Shown here: positions 37,930-48,869 of the stretch, piece after piece
How positions within the stretch are numbered: the stretch's first letter is position 1
Layout: every line of letters begins with the position of its first letter
DNA from: Patescibacteria group bacterium
Lineage (GTDB): Bacteria > Patescibacteriota > JABMPQ01 > JAHIRA01
Direction of reading: 5' to 3'
DNA: 64,000 bases
NCBI GenBank assembly: GCA_018818205.1
Contig: JAHISJ010000012.1
Coordinates: forward strand, 21,523 to 85,522
Translations under genes and position numbers: made by a program
Notes under the pieces: generated by a model
The model's database searches: none
The model's input: the letters and a program-made list of their open reading frames with translations, nothing else
What the model was told of the DNA's origin: nothing

Positions 37930-38612
37930 TCACCACCTTCTTTCACCATTTCTATTACTATCATAGCATAAAACGTCCGCGCTGCCTGACTGGTCTCCGT
38001 AATTTCTTCACGTTTTGTCGTTACTAAGATTGTAGCACTATTTGGTGTAGATTCCAAGACCGCTGAGGATAACGCTTTTGTGGTTATTCCATAGAATGCA
38101 TCGTTTGGATCAAGAGTATCTTCTTGCAGATTATCAAGCCATGATTTAAACGAGGTTGTCGCGTACCCTTCAATATCTTTGATATTTGAGTAGGGCTCTT
38201 TCCCTTTATTGGTGTATGACCCAAAAATCTCAACTATTTTTTCAGAAAGATCTAGCACTTCCCGATCCTCTCCATTTGCTGTGTCTTTTGCTTCCGTAGA
38301 GTCAGAAGCCTCATTAGTGTTAGTATTTGTATTCTCATTTACATTTGTATTTTCTGTAGACGCTTCTGCATTTGTGTTTTCTGTACTTTCTTGATTAGCA
38401 TTCTCAGCATCGTACGTCACGGTTCCCGTGGTATCTTCGGTGGGCGTGTCTGTGGTATCGGGATTGATATTATACGTAACTTGTGTTGACTGATCATTGG
38501 TAGCTTCAGTATTTTCATTTGCTGCCTCATCCTGCTTACATCCAAAAGCGGTAAGCAACACAAGGAGCATACTAAATGAAACAACGACACCTATTTTACG
38601 AACTATATTCAT
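37896..38612 (-). CDS. Putative lipoprotein with C-terminal NTF2/VirB8-like domain
   Basis: Lipobox-like TAFGC, T/N/E-rich linker, C-terminal ...VIEMVKEGGEWKA. Confidence 0.6.
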   Translation of the reverse strand: MNIVRKIGVVVSFSMLLVLLTAFGCKQDEAANENTEATNDQSTQVTYNINPDTTDTPTEDTTGTVTYDAENANQESTENTNAEASTENTNVNENTNTNTNEASDSTEAKDTANGEDREVLDLSEKIVEIFGSYTNKGKEPYSNIKDIEGYATTSFKSWLDNLQEDTLDPNDAFYGITTKALSSAVLESTPNSATILVTTKREEITETSQAARTFYAMIVIEMVKEGGEWKANGLYWQE

Positions 38613-38622
38613 TGCTAACATC

Positions 38623-40518
38623 TTATACTTGTTGCGCTTCACCCTCACCCTCGCTGTATTCATCCTGTGCTTCTTGGATTTCTAACATTTGTTTTGGATC
38701 CGTGGTAATAAGTTGATCTTCCGAATATGACGCATATACCTTAATGGCAACATGCTTTGAGCCGGCAAAAAAGAGTCCTTCACCCACATCACTCTCAAGC
38801 AACAGAAGCTTTTCTTCCTCGGTTAAATTAAACGTTTCCATAATGCGCTTAATTCCTGAGGTAGCCTGTCTCAGCAACACCTTCATTGCCGAGTTGTTGA
38901 CAATAGCCTTGCCATAATCAGACATCAAAAAGTCATTAACATCCTGACTAATAGTGGTTGTGCCAAGATAGTATTTACGACCACGTTTTACTATACCAAA
39001 CATAAACCGCGCCGAGTCCTCGTACTGCATCATGACCCATGCTTCATCAACAATGAGAATTCTTTTTTTAAGCTCTTGCCGTACGATATTCCAAATGTAA
39101 CTGACAATAACGTGCATTGCAATGGGCCGCAGCTCATCTTCCAAATCCCTAATGCTAAAAACGACCAACTGATTATCTAAGTCAATATTGGTTGGTTCAT
39201 TAAAGAGTCCGGCAAATGTTCCTTCAGTAAATTTTTTAACCCGAGCTACTAAGCTATCCGACCCTTCCATGCTTTCTAGGATTTCCTGAAAGTCCGTCAT
39301 GGTTGGTGGAATAACGTCCATCAAGTCAGATGCCGGCGTAATGTCCTTTTTTGCATAGGTCTCAATAAGTGCTCTATCAACCAGTGAGTCCTCTTCTTTG
39401 GTAAGCCGCCCCAACATAAGCCGCATAAGTCCTTTTAAACTGATGACTGCACTTCGTAAGACATCCTCGGTTGTCATGTCGCCCACTTTTTTTGGTAAAT
39501 CAAACGGATTGATTCTAAACTGTGCGTTAAGTGCAAGCCGCAAATATGCTCCGTCTACCGCTTCCGCCAAATGCTGATATTCGTTTTCCGGATCAATAAC
39601 GAGTATATCCGTGCCAAACATCATACTTCTTAAAATCTCAAGTTTGATCGTATAACTTTTACCCGCACCGGAGGTAGCAAACACAACGCTGTTTGCATTG
39701 GGAAGAGTAAATCTATCAAATAAAATCAAACTGTTATTATGACGATTTATTCCATATAAAATGCCATCATCGCTCGTAAGTTCAGATGATACAAATGGAA
39801 ACGTAGTAGAAAGCGGCGCCGTGTTCATGTTTGACGAGACGTCGAGTTTGTCGTTACCCATTGGCGTCGTCGACATAAACCCTTGCTCAGACTGATAGCT
39901 GGCACGCTTTGAATACACAAGCCTTTGGCCAAGCAAATCTTCCACCGCTTTGGTTGTTTCATCGAGTGCTTCCTTGCTTTGCTCATAAATGGTTACATAG
40001 AGCGACAGTCTAAAGAATTTCTCTGTGCCTTGCACCAGCTCATCTCTCAGACGTTCCACATCCTCCATAGCAGTTTCCAGCATTGGATCTCTCACCTGAC
40101 CTTTTTCCGCGTTCGCTGAAATAGTTGAATGAATCTGGCCAGACTTATTTCTAAGCACCTTCAAAATACGCTCAGAGCTTACAGGCGTAATAAAGAAAGA
40201 AATATCAAGTTCGAGGTTTAAGTTGATTATTGGCGCAAACCAGCCGGTGGTAACATATCGCGGATACGTAAAGATAAAGAGTGTTCTCACATATTTTCCA
40301 TCAAGCACTATGAGATCAGGAAGTACCTCAATTGACGATGGAGCAATGACGTCTCTGAGTGCTACAACACCTTTTTTATACACCTTTTCCGCGGCAAGAA
40401 GTTGCTCTCGTTCTTTTTGCGTAAGCCCCTTCATGTTTAAATCAGAAACCTCGGTAGCGTTGTCTACCTCTGTTTTCCCTTCTGAGCCTCGTTTTAAAAA
40501 CCTATCTAAGAAAGCCAT
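38623..40518 (-). CDS. VirB4-like type IV secretion ATPase
   Basis: ATSGAGKS Walker A, IDPENEY, INPFD, LIVDEAW, RGRKY. Confidence 0.92.
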   Translation of the reverse strand: MAFLDRFLKRGSEGKTEVDNATEVSDLNMKGLTQKEREQLLAAEKVYKKGVVALRDVIAPSSIEVLPDLIVLDGKYVRTLFIFTYPRYVTTGWFAPIINLNLELDISFFITPVSSERILKVLRNKSGQIHSTISANAEKGQVRDPMLETAMEDVERLRDELVQGTEKFFRLSLYVTIYEQSKEALDETTKAVEDLLGQRLVYSKRASYQSEQGFMSTTPMGNDKLDVSSNMNTAPLSTTFPFVSSELTSDDGILYGINRHNNSLILFDRFTLPNANSVVFATSGAGKSYTIKLEILRSMMFGTDILVIDPENEYQHLAEAVDGAYLRLALNAQFRINPFDLPKKVGDMTTEDVLRSAVISLKGLMRLMLGRLTKEEDSLVDRALIETYAKKDITPASDLMDVIPPTMTDFQEILESMEGSDSLVARVKKFTEGTFAGLFNEPTNIDLDNQLVVFSIRDLEDELRPIAMHVIVSYIWNIVRQELKKRILIVDEAWVMMQYEDSARFMFGIVKRGRKYYLGTTTISQDVNDFLMSDYGKAIVNNSAMKVLLRQATSGIKRIMETFNLTEEEKLLLLESDVGEGLFFAGSKHVAIKVYASYSEDQLITTDPKQMLEIQEAQDEYSEGEGEAQQV

Positions 40519-40533
40519 ACACGCATAAAATGT

Positions 40534-41271
40534 CTAAATGTTTTCTAATCTGAGCTTTTCAATCTCCCCTAATATCTGATTTTGGGCAACCGTTGGATTA
40601 TAGACGGAGTACAAAAGTTCAACAATCTCCTCTGTATCAAGTACCGCTGCTTTTACCCCAATCCCCTGGAGACCTGAGAGTACTGTCTGCATACGAAGTA
40701 CGAGCTCCTTCTTATCTTGTTCAAATGTGGTAAGTTTAGCCTGCACGCCTTTTGCTGGAGAAAAAATATTTTTAATCTTATCAGTAATGCCCTCATCAGA
40801 GGTATGAAGCGGATTTGCGTATTGCACCACTACATAAAAATGATTCGTGGTAATATTGGCAAGCTCAACAAGTGAGGCAACAAACTCTGCATATGACGCC
40901 GTTTCCATTTTAAGTGAGTAGTTTTCTTGAAGTCGCTCCGCCTCTTTAACCTTAAGTAAATAGCGTTTGATATTTAACTTCTTTGACTGAATAACTATTT
41001 GAACAGGAAAATTGAGTGAATTTAAGAAATCTTGATACCCAAAAAGCTTTGCCTTCTGTTCATCCTCAGACATCAACGCAAAGTTGATGCTTGAGCACAT
41101 AATCACCGCTCTAATTCCCTTATCTTTAAGAACTATTACTCCATCCTTTATTGCTTCAACATCTAAAAGTCGCTGAGTGCTCGTTGCCTCTTTTTGCTTT
41201 GAAGCCTTTGCATCTGCCATTGACTCAGGAGGCTTTTCGCTTGTCTTTTGACCCTTCTGTTGATTCGGCAT
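40534..41271 (-). CDS. T4SS-associated protein (VirB4/TraC N-terminal-like)
   Basis: SINFALMSEDEQ...FLNSLNFPVQI; lies between prgI and virB4. Confidence 0.7.
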   Translation of the reverse strand: MPNQQKGQKTSEKPPESMADAKASKQKEATSTQRLLDVEAIKDGVIVLKDKGIRAVIMCSSINFALMSEDEQKAKLFGYQDFLNSLNFPVQIVIQSKKLNIKRYLLKVKEAERLQENYSLKMETASYAEFVASLVELANITTNHFYVVVQYANPLHTSDEGITDKIKNIFSPAKGVQAKLTTFEQDKKELVLRMQTVLSGLQGIGVKAAVLDTEEIVELLYSVYNPTVAQNQILGEIEKLRLENI

Positions 41272-41680
41272 AGTATCTAGCGCTAGTATCTAATAGTACT
41301 GATAACTCATGAAGCTTACTTCTGGTAACTTCCTCTTTATACTCCGTTTTAAGCGTTACTGTTCTTCTCTCGGCATTGGACAACGTTTGTAGCTTTGCCG
41401 AAGTATCTTTTGCCCAAAGCCTGACCTTTGGATTGGTAGAAAACAGAATAAAATTCACTAAGAACTTCTCAAATTTTTGACCATTGATTTTTACAAAGGC
41501 AAACGTACACGCAATACCCATTAATATAATACCAGAAAATATAAAAAGACTTAAATCAAAAACCGTATACCCCGCTGTGGTAATAAGACCACCACCGAGG
41601 ATAAAAAGAAACTGTCTGATAGTAAGTGGACCTATGACACGGTCTTCAATATCGACAAATTGTGGAATTGCGTATTGCAT
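41225..41680 (-). CDS. PrgI family (VirB3-like) protein
   Basis: QYAIPQFVDIEDRVIGPLTIRQF plus two TM segments. Confidence 0.88.
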   Translation of the reverse strand: MQYAIPQFVDIEDRVIGPLTIRQFLFILGGGLITTAGYTVFDLSLFIFSGIILMGIACTFAFVKINGQKFEKFLVNFILFSTNPKVRLWAKDTSAKLQTLSNAERRTVTLKTEYKEEVTRSKLHELSVLLDTSARYYAESTEGSKDKRKAS

Positions 41681-41740
41681 ACGCTCTTTTTACATGAAGA
41701 GCCCCACTGGGGCCCTTTAAAAAAACTATTCAAAATCGTA

Positions 41741-43129
41741 CTAGAAGTGCGCGCTCAGCTCTGCAATCATTTCAAATTCTCGTTCTGTTAAATAAGGCTT
41801 ACCCTCGTTAAAGAGCTCTTTTCCGATGTCGGCGACCGTTTTATCTGAGGACATGCTCCGTCTTCCAATTTCTAAGTAGAGCAAATAGAGTGAACTTTTA
41901 CGCCATGCGCTTTGCAAAATATCAGATGACGTATTTTTCTTAAGATCATCTATCTGCGATTTAATGTGAGTTAACCTTTCAGCATCGGATGACCCTAAAG
42001 ATCTAAAATAATCTATAGTGATTTTTTGCAAATCATTCAGATCTTGTAGTGTTGAAAGTTTTTTTTCCGAGTTTTGCTCAATCACTCGCTTTGGTACCGG
42101 TGGTTTCCTTGGAGCTGCTTGTTCCGGTCTCCGTGCCGGCTCAGGCTTTACTTGCGGAGATGGTTTACCCTCTTCCTGCTTTTTCTTATCAGCAATAAGT
42201 GTATCTATAGAGACAACCGGAGATGCAAGTGGTGCTGGTACAACAGAAGGTTTAACTTCTGGCTTTCTTTGTAGTGGTGCTTGAGGTGCTGGTTTTTTTG
42301 CTATAGGTGGTTTTGTAGGTAGCGCAGGGGTGCTGGAAGCAGATTTTTGCGCAAGACGAGCCTCCTCTTGCAGCTGAACATCTATATTATACTCAGGCTC
42401 AGGAACCTTGAGTCTAAAGGGGTCCGAATTCACCCGTTTCTCATCATCAATAGAAACATCCCAATCAGTCATATTAATCCCTAAGCAACCGACGTCATTT
42501 ATCCGTAACTTCAACAGTTCGTAATACCTAAGTGCTCTGCTCAATACTTTTCTATCCCACTGAGAAAGTAATCGTACATTTGGAGAAGAAGTGAGATATT
42601 TACGAATTATTGTAACAATCTTTTTTCCTGTACCTACTTCATTAGTATAATCCTTAATCCAATTTTCAACCGTAGACTTTACTTTTTTTCCATCAAGCGT
42701 AATTGGATTTTTGCCAAGCTCTTCTTTGCATCGCATAACACGTTTACGCACACTCTCAAGCCGTGCTTCAAGTGAAAATATATCTATACTCATCGCATAC
42801 TGATCAAGGTTAGAGTAAAACGGCGTTTCAGCTTTTGCGTCCTGCTTCACCGCACTTAGGAAATAAAGCTCAATTGCATGTTCTGCTTGCTCCTGAAGAA
42901 AAGTGGAAAACAAATTAATCCTGAGATCTGCAACAATAGTATTGTAATGTTGTTTCGTTTCCGGATCTTTGACATGTTCAAACTTGATCTTCTCTTCAAG
43001 AGAATGCAAAAGGTCCAAACCGTCATTAACGTCATTTTGCCCCCAAAAGTAACTTTGCTTAAGACGATCCACTTCTTTTTGAACGCTTTCCAAAGTTTCA
43101 TTACTGTTCAATGATTGTTTCACTTTCAT
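41741..43129 (-). CDS. Hypothetical protein with Pro-rich linker (T4SS cluster)
   Basis: 462 aa ORF; C-terminal AWRKSSLY..Y...LTEREF. Confidence 0.7.
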   Translation of the reverse strand: MKVKQSLNSNETLESVQKEVDRLKQSYFWGQNDVNDGLDLLHSLEEKIKFEHVKDPETKQHYNTIVADLRINLFSTFLQEQAEHAIELYFLSAVKQDAKAETPFYSNLDQYAMSIDIFSLEARLESVRKRVMRCKEELGKNPITLDGKKVKSTVENWIKDYTNEVGTGKKIVTIIRKYLTSSPNVRLLSQWDRKVLSRALRYYELLKLRINDVGCLGINMTDWDVSIDDEKRVNSDPFRLKVPEPEYNIDVQLQEEARLAQKSASSTPALPTKPPIAKKPAPQAPLQRKPEVKPSVVPAPLASPVVSIDTLIADKKKQEEGKPSPQVKPEPARRPEQAAPRKPPVPKRVIEQNSEKKLSTLQDLNDLQKITIDYFRSLGSSDAERLTHIKSQIDDLKKNTSSDILQSAWRKSSLYLLYLEIGRRSMSSDKTVADIGKELFNEGKPYLTEREFEMIAELSAHF

Positions 43130-43138
43130 ATGTGGCAG

Positions 43139-45664
43139 TTAACGCTTAACGGTTACTAAGTGAGATGTTTTATGTAACTCTTTTCTGCTATCACCAAAGA
43201 GTTCCTCAAGTTGACCCAGTGCCTTTACCTGATTTTTCTTCATATCACTAACTAAAGTATTCCATTCTGTAGTGTCTTTATACTTCACATCAACTTTGAT
43301 CATCTCTTTCCTAAAAGCTTCATGTGCTTCAGTTCCAACAGAAACAACATCTGCTAAATTCGCACGTACATCAGGAATTAAATCCCTTAATTGCTCCTCT
43401 TTTAATCCCCGTCCGTTTGCGACCAAACTGAAAGATAGTGCAGCTCCATTTCTTCCGGTATTATCGCCTTTAACATTAGCAAGCATAGAACCTGCTCCCA
43501 TAGCTAACCGTATTTTCTGCATTTCTTCTGTGGCTTCCAACTTCTTGCGAGCTTCATTCATAAATTGTGCTTCCGTTCCTATGGTATTAACATCAACGTC
43601 ACCATGAGCTATACGTTGTGCTTCATTTTGACGAAGGCCAACCACATTACCATCTGAATCAACTATCATAACTGTCTGTTGATTTTGTCCTGCCATGCTT
43701 CGCGCTGTTTGCCCAAGCTTTCGCATAGCCAATCCGGCTTCGCCTTGCCGCATTATCAAATAATCATCCACGTCCTCTACCTTGAGTTTCTTTTCTTTGA
43801 CTAACTGTTCTGCATCAGCTTGTCCTCGCCACATGGTTTTACCATTTACATTCTCTGTTACTCCTAAGTACGCTGCATTTCCCTTGCTGCCTTGGAGGTT
43901 GCCAACATTTCTTCCTTGGACAATACCCAATTTTTGGCCAAACATATGTTCCATACCTCTCATATATCCAATATAGTCATCAGACGTATTGTACGTTTTT
44001 CTTCCGTTTTTATCTAAAACTTCGTTTCCCGTTGAATCTTTAATTGCTTCATATCGACTCTTAAACCAATCTTGATTTTCTGCATCAGCTCCCCATACCG
44101 CATCGCGTACTTTTGAATCTCCACCTGCAGCATGCACCGTATCGTTCCAATTAATTCCCATACCTAGTGCTTTAGTAATCGCAAGCATTCGAATTTGTTG
44201 ATTTCTTCCACCTTTCTCTGCACCTACTACTGCAAGCTCTCCAATTAAATCATCTGATTGTAAATCAGGATGTCTAACCTTCAAATCTTCAAGTTCCTCA
44301 TCAGCAGCTTTCATTACCTCTTGTGTCTCATAATCTGTTTCATCTTTAGACCAAGGAAGTATCTTGTTGAGTTTGTTTTCAACGTATCCTCTTGAGCCTG
44401 CAGCTGCCTGGCGCTCAATCCTACCAGCTCTATTCATCCACGCATCCTTAAGCACAGTAGGACTTGCAAACTGGACCCAGCTACCAGATCTACCCTCCAA
44501 ATCTTTCTGTTTTTCTTCGTATGACTGCCCTTCCCCCGCACCAAACGCAGCACCAATACGCGAAGTCACTCTACCGGCAGTATTTTTCCAAGCCCAACCA
44601 TATGCTCCCTCATTACCCTTCATTAAAGACCGTCTATTAAGTGCTGATGCGCCCTTCCAACCTAAACCTGCTGCCCCTTTCCACAAGTTCCCATACATAC
44701 CAACACCACGTCTCAAACCCGACGTCGCCATACCGATTAACGCACCCGCACCAAAGCTTCCCACACCCTTTGCAATCATATACGTCGCAAGCAGCATCGT
44801 AACAATAAGCATGTACGTTAAGAAATGTTCTTTGGAGAAATTGGTCGGTAAAAAACTTTCCTTAAACGCCCGCTGAAGATCAGCTTTGCTTAATTGATTT
44901 GTCGAAGCACCTGCTCCAAATAACGCCTCAACACCTTTTGCGGACATACTGTTTGCCACACGCATAGTCAGATAGACACAAAATGTGGCAGCAGGACCAT
45001 ATAATACAAATTTAAAGAATTCTGACCACCACCGCTTAGCATATTGCTGCGTTGACGGAAGCACATCAAGCAAAAAGGCAAATGGTGAAACAATCGTCAA
45101 AAACATAAGTGCCGCAAATCGTACAAGAAGTAAAATCGAAATGACCAGAAGTGCAAGGACAAACACACCAACAAACACAACCAAAAAGAAAAGTGAGCCC
45201 GCAATAGAAATATCAGTAATACTCGAAGCAGAAACAGTTTCACTGATATTTGTTAAATCAGTTAACTTGAGTGATGAAAGTAACGCCGCCGATGGTTTCC
45301 CTTGATTACCAAAGGTGAAGGTCTTCATTAAGAGATCACTAATCTCTATAAAAAACGCGCAGATTGCTCTAGAGAAGTTAACAAGGAGTATTGCAATAAT
45401 AAGACGCGGCAGTATCTTTTTGTATTGATAGTTCTCTACCCGCAGAATAGTTGCAAAGGCAATAACCAGAAGAATCAATATAAAAAACATGTTCAAAATA
45501 TCGCGCACCGTAACCCACCCAAGCTGTACTGCATCGTGCGTTGCTACATTAGAAGGAACCATAACAAGAATATCAAAAAGGTCAGCAACAGCATTAAGAG
45601 CATGTCCTTCTATCCAAAGGAATAACTTCAGGATTGCACCAATTATCAAATAGACAACGGACAT
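43139..45664 (-). CDS. VirB6/TrbL-like polytopic membrane protein
   Basis: GWVTVRDILNMFFI..LLVIAFATIL, LLVNFS, SPFAF...WWSEF; long soluble C-terminus. Confidence 0.82.
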   Translation of the reverse strand: MSVVYLIIGAILKLFLWIEGHALNAVADLFDILVMVPSNVATHDAVQLGWVTVRDILNMFFILILLVIAFATILRVENYQYKKILPRLIIAILLVNFSRAICAFFIEISDLLMKTFTFGNQGKPSAALLSSLKLTDLTNISETVSASSITDISIAGSLFFLVVFVGVFVLALLVISILLLVRFAALMFLTIVSPFAFLLDVLPSTQQYAKRWWSEFFKFVLYGPAATFCVYLTMRVANSMSAKGVEALFGAGASTNQLSKADLQRAFKESFLPTNFSKEHFLTYMLIVTMLLATYMIAKGVGSFGAGALIGMATSGLRRGVGMYGNLWKGAAGLGWKGASALNRRSLMKGNEGAYGWAWKNTAGRVTSRIGAAFGAGEGQSYEEKQKDLEGRSGSWVQFASPTVLKDAWMNRAGRIERQAAAGSRGYVENKLNKILPWSKDETDYETQEVMKAADEELEDLKVRHPDLQSDDLIGELAVVGAEKGGRNQQIRMLAITKALGMGINWNDTVHAAGGDSKVRDAVWGADAENQDWFKSRYEAIKDSTGNEVLDKNGRKTYNTSDDYIGYMRGMEHMFGQKLGIVQGRNVGNLQGSKGNAAYLGVTENVNGKTMWRGQADAEQLVKEKKLKVEDVDDYLIMRQGEAGLAMRKLGQTARSMAGQNQQTVMIVDSDGNVVGLRQNEAQRIAHGDVDVNTIGTEAQFMNEARKKLEATEEMQKIRLAMGAGSMLANVKGDNTGRNGAALSFSLVANGRGLKEEQLRDLIPDVRANLADVVSVGTEAHEAFRKEMIKVDVKYKDTTEWNTLVSDMKKNQVKALGQLEELFGDSRKELHKTSHLVTVKR

Positions 45665-45690
45665 ATCTGGCTGGTATTAGTTTTTGTTAC

Positions 45691-46725
45691 TTAATTAGCC
45701 GGCTGCTCTTGTGGGATTGGGATTGACCTATTTTGTCCGCTTCTATCAAATCCTGACCCTTGTGTTTGTTCCTGTTTTTGATCTGGCGTACCTGCATTTG
45801 AAAGTGAATTCCAGATTCCGGTCACCGATGTTTCAAGAACCTGGTCTATAAACAACGCAGTAAGTGCAACTAGATCTTCAAGCACCACTGATTGAATCGT
45901 ACCTTTCTTTAAATCTGCAATACTCTTTTTTGCATCTTCCGCAAACATTAAACCGGGTGTCTTAATACGACAATCTTTGTATTTATCTACCGGTTTTTTT
46001 GGTGTTGCTGTCTTTTTAACTTTCTTGCTGGTCTTTGCCTGCTGTGCTTTGGTTGTTTTTTGCTGGTTCACATTTTTGCAATCCCTAGCCCCAAAAAACC
46101 CTTGATTAACCAGTAGCTCAAAGCGATAGTTTTGCTCAGACTTTTGGAACTGCTGAGATGCATTTGAACGTATACCAAACCACGTACTTAAATCGTTGTT
46201 TTCACCCTCAAGTTTAATCGTAAACCGATTCATAAATTCACGCTCCGCTTGCTTGAGCAATTCCGGCGTTACCCCTCCTGCTTTATTAATTGCGGCCATA
46301 GCGTCTACGGACTTTTTTATTAAACTCCTGTCAAACGTACATTCGGGCTTATAGGTACCCGGTACTCCCGCCTTGGCAAACGCAACGCGCACATTGGCTT
46401 TAATATCAGAACACAGTGAAAAACCGGTATAGGTAAGTAACACTGCCTGAAACGACTGAAAATAAAGATCCTTAATAAACCACGTCAAAATTTCCATACC
46501 ATTTATACTCAAATCGCCCGTTGCAAACTTCATAACAAACTTTTTGACCAGTGGAAAGATGGCAAATTTCCAAATCATAACTAAGACCTTGTTAAGCCTC
46601 GCATCAAGATCAATAGTTAGCCACGTTGCTGCGTGCGCGGTTTTTGGTTGCGAAAGAATTGCCAGTCCACTTGAGACAAAAACAACGCTTACAATGAGTA
46701 CAATGAGAAGAACTTTTTTGAACAT
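45691..46725 (-). CDS. Secreted/membrane hypothetical protein (T4SS cluster)
   Basis: Signal peptide ending PKTAHA; GFFG..DC...CRIKTPG. Confidence 0.7.
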   Translation of the reverse strand: MFKKVLLIVLIVSVVFVSSGLAILSQPKTAHAATWLTIDLDARLNKVLVMIWKFAIFPLVKKFVMKFATGDLSINGMEILTWFIKDLYFQSFQAVLLTYTGFSLCSDIKANVRVAFAKAGVPGTYKPECTFDRSLIKKSVDAMAAINKAGGVTPELLKQAEREFMNRFTIKLEGENNDLSTWFGIRSNASQQFQKSEQNYRFELLVNQGFFGARDCKNVNQQKTTKAQQAKTSKKVKKTATPKKPVDKYKDCRIKTPGLMFAEDAKKSIADLKKGTIQSVVLEDLVALTALFIDQVLETSVTGIWNSLSNAGTPDQKQEQTQGSGFDRSGQNRSIPIPQEQPAN

Positions 46726-46735
46726 AGTCCAAATG

Positions 46736-47998
46736 TTACTTAGAAACAGTTATGGTATCCACAATGTCCTGCAAACCAAACTCGTTAATAACCGCAGTCA
46801 TCTCCGGAACGATTTGCCCGGCAAACACATCGTGGGCTAAATAATTAACTCGTGGGATAACCTCTGTTACAGCGTAAAGACCCTCGGCGTCGCTAAAATT
46901 TACTTGTTCTATTTGATCCAAAAGTCCCATAGACGCTAAAATGAATCCAATACTTTTTTTGTGCAGTGCAATTATCCGCTCATTATCCGGCACTTCCATA
47001 GCCTTCATTCGATCTAACACATCGCCCATAATTTTCTTAACCTTACCGGTATCTTGCTTACTGTGTAGCCTAATAGATAATGCGTATCTCTCAAACGACT
47101 CCGTGTCGGAAAAGGGTAAATCCCGTGAGAGCATAAGTGACGCGTCACTTGCATAGCGCACTACATCATCTTGTGTGTAGTTTTCTTTAATATTGATTTC
47201 GTTATCAGAAACTTCTGGAATCTCTACTTCAGTAGTGGAGCTTGATACATCCAAATCAAGACTACTATCTGCAATAAAATCGGTAACACTTTGCTCAAGT
47301 GAGTCAAGATCCGTACTATTTATGGTGTTTTCTATATTTGCAACTGATGAAGAGTTTAGGGTGAATCCACTTGCTTGTTCCATGTCAAGATCGGAGTAGG
47401 CCACTTCTTCCTCGCCAGTTATCACGTCGCTTCCACCAAAAGAATCAAACTCATCACCTGTATCAAGATTATTTTCTTCTGACGCCTCAGCATCTTCTTC
47501 TTCCATGACCTCTAATTCTTCCGTTTTTGCCTGGCTTTCTGCAATTTGTAAAAAGTATGAGAGATCCGCTTTAAGAGGGTCTGACCCGGCAATGACTTCA
47601 CGACCGTCCTCGGTGCCATCAAAATCAGTGTCTGCAACATAAGCACTCGTGCCAAATTTCTCTTCTTCTTCATCATTTAGTCCATCACCGTCTGAATCTA
47701 CTTTTTCTACACTTTTTATCTCAAGCGGATCATAGCCAGCAATAACCTCTACATTGTCGGTATACCCATCCGAGTCGGTATCAACATTGTATGGATCAAT
47801 GCCAAGCTCACGCTCTTCTTTATCAGAAATGCCATCGCCATCTGAGTCGGTAGAATCAGAGAGAAGCACGGTTGCCTTTGATGCTTTTGAGTGAAAGAGC
47901 TCATCGCTATGTGACACAAAATAATATCCTACAGCCCCAATTGCAAAAAAACCAACGATGGCCATGAGCACATATTTAAACGCACTTCTGTTATACAT
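46736..47998 (-). CDS. Acidic surface protein with thrombospondin-3-like repeats
   Basis: DSDGDGISD, DTDSDGYTD, DSDGDGLND, DTDFDGTED. Confidence 0.8.
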   Translation of the reverse strand: MYNRSAFKYVLMAIVGFFAIGAVGYYFVSHSDELFHSKASKATVLLSDSTDSDGDGISDKEERELGIDPYNVDTDSDGYTDNVEVIAGYDPLEIKSVEKVDSDGDGLNDEEEEKFGTSAYVADTDFDGTEDGREVIAGSDPLKADLSYFLQIAESQAKTEELEVMEEEDAEASEENNLDTGDEFDSFGGSDVITGEEEVAYSDLDMEQASGFTLNSSSVANIENTINSTDLDSLEQSVTDFIADSSLDLDVSSSTTEVEIPEVSDNEINIKENYTQDDVVRYASDASLMLSRDLPFSDTESFERYALSIRLHSKQDTGKVKKIMGDVLDRMKAMEVPDNERIIALHKKSIGFILASMGLLDQIEQVNFSDAEGLYAVTEVIPRVNYLAHDVFAGQIVPEMTAVINEFGLQDIVDTITVSK

Positions 47999-48191
47999 GG
48001 GGTAATTTAGTCTTCTTTTTCACTCTCTGTAAGTTACAGGAACTATAACACATTTCAAAAGGGGGGTCAAAATGGTGTGGATAAGAAATAAAAAAAGCCT
48101 AACGTATGTAGACACACGCTAGGATAATTTTCTTGGATGACAGGAATATGCTTAGTTAAATTGAACAATGCTGCAGTAGCCTGAAATAAAA

Positions 48192-48854
48192 TTATTTGAA
48201 CATACAGTTAAGCCCACCAGTAACAACCATATATATTAAATATATAAAAGCGATCAAGGCAAAAAGCATAATTAAAAAAAGCTCGTCCATTTCATTCAGG
48301 CCAAAGTGCTTCTGCAGGAAACTTTTATTTGCTTCCTTTTCACGTTCTCTTGCGACTTTTTGTCGCTGCCTTTTCATTCGCTCTTCTTTTGCCTGAGGTG
48401 AGCCATGGGGAATTTCACTGAAATTGGCAATATCACGTACCATTTTTTGATCTGACAAAGAGAGTGAACCAAAATGTCTATCACCCAACAACCACCTTGC
48501 ACTAATTTGCCGATCATTAAACTGAGGATTCATAATCTTACCAGTAGGAGCACTTTTAGGATTAGGATACGGAACCATCCTTTCCGAAGGCTGATTTCTA
48601 AGTTGGTCGACTTTACTTCTAAGCACTCGAATCTCTTGCAGCTCCTTATACTTCTCAAGCTCCCCACCATCCTTAATCCACCAAATTCTTTCTTCAACAC
48701 CAGTTGCATCTTGTTCAAGTCTGTGAATATACGAGTCAACAATTTTTTGCGCCTTTTCTTGTCTGGATTTAATCAATTGGTAGTCGGAATACGAACTCGG
48801 TTCTCGCATCAACTCATCACGAAGTCTCTCATACATACCCTGTCGTTTTGTCAC
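48192..48854 (-). CDS. Hypothetical protein with C-terminal TM
   Basis: 220 aa ORF preceded by an AGGAGG RBS. Confidence 0.65.
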   Translation of the reverse strand: MTKRQGMYERLRDELMREPSSYSDYQLIKSRQEKAQKIVDSYIHRLEQDATGVEERIWWIKDGGELEKYKELQEIRVLRSKVDQLRNQPSERMVPYPNPKSAPTGKIMNPQFNDRQISARWLLGDRHFGSLSLSDQKMVRDIANFSEIPHGSPQAKEERMKRQRQKVAREREKEANKSFLQKHFGLNEMDELFLIMLFALIAFIYLIYMVVTGGLNCMFK

Positions 48855-48869
48855 TATTTGCTAACCTCC

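Noticed and set aside
30347-47998. Integrative conjugative element
   Set aside because: No relaxase, coupling protein, integrase or att repeats; the cluster is embedded among core genes.
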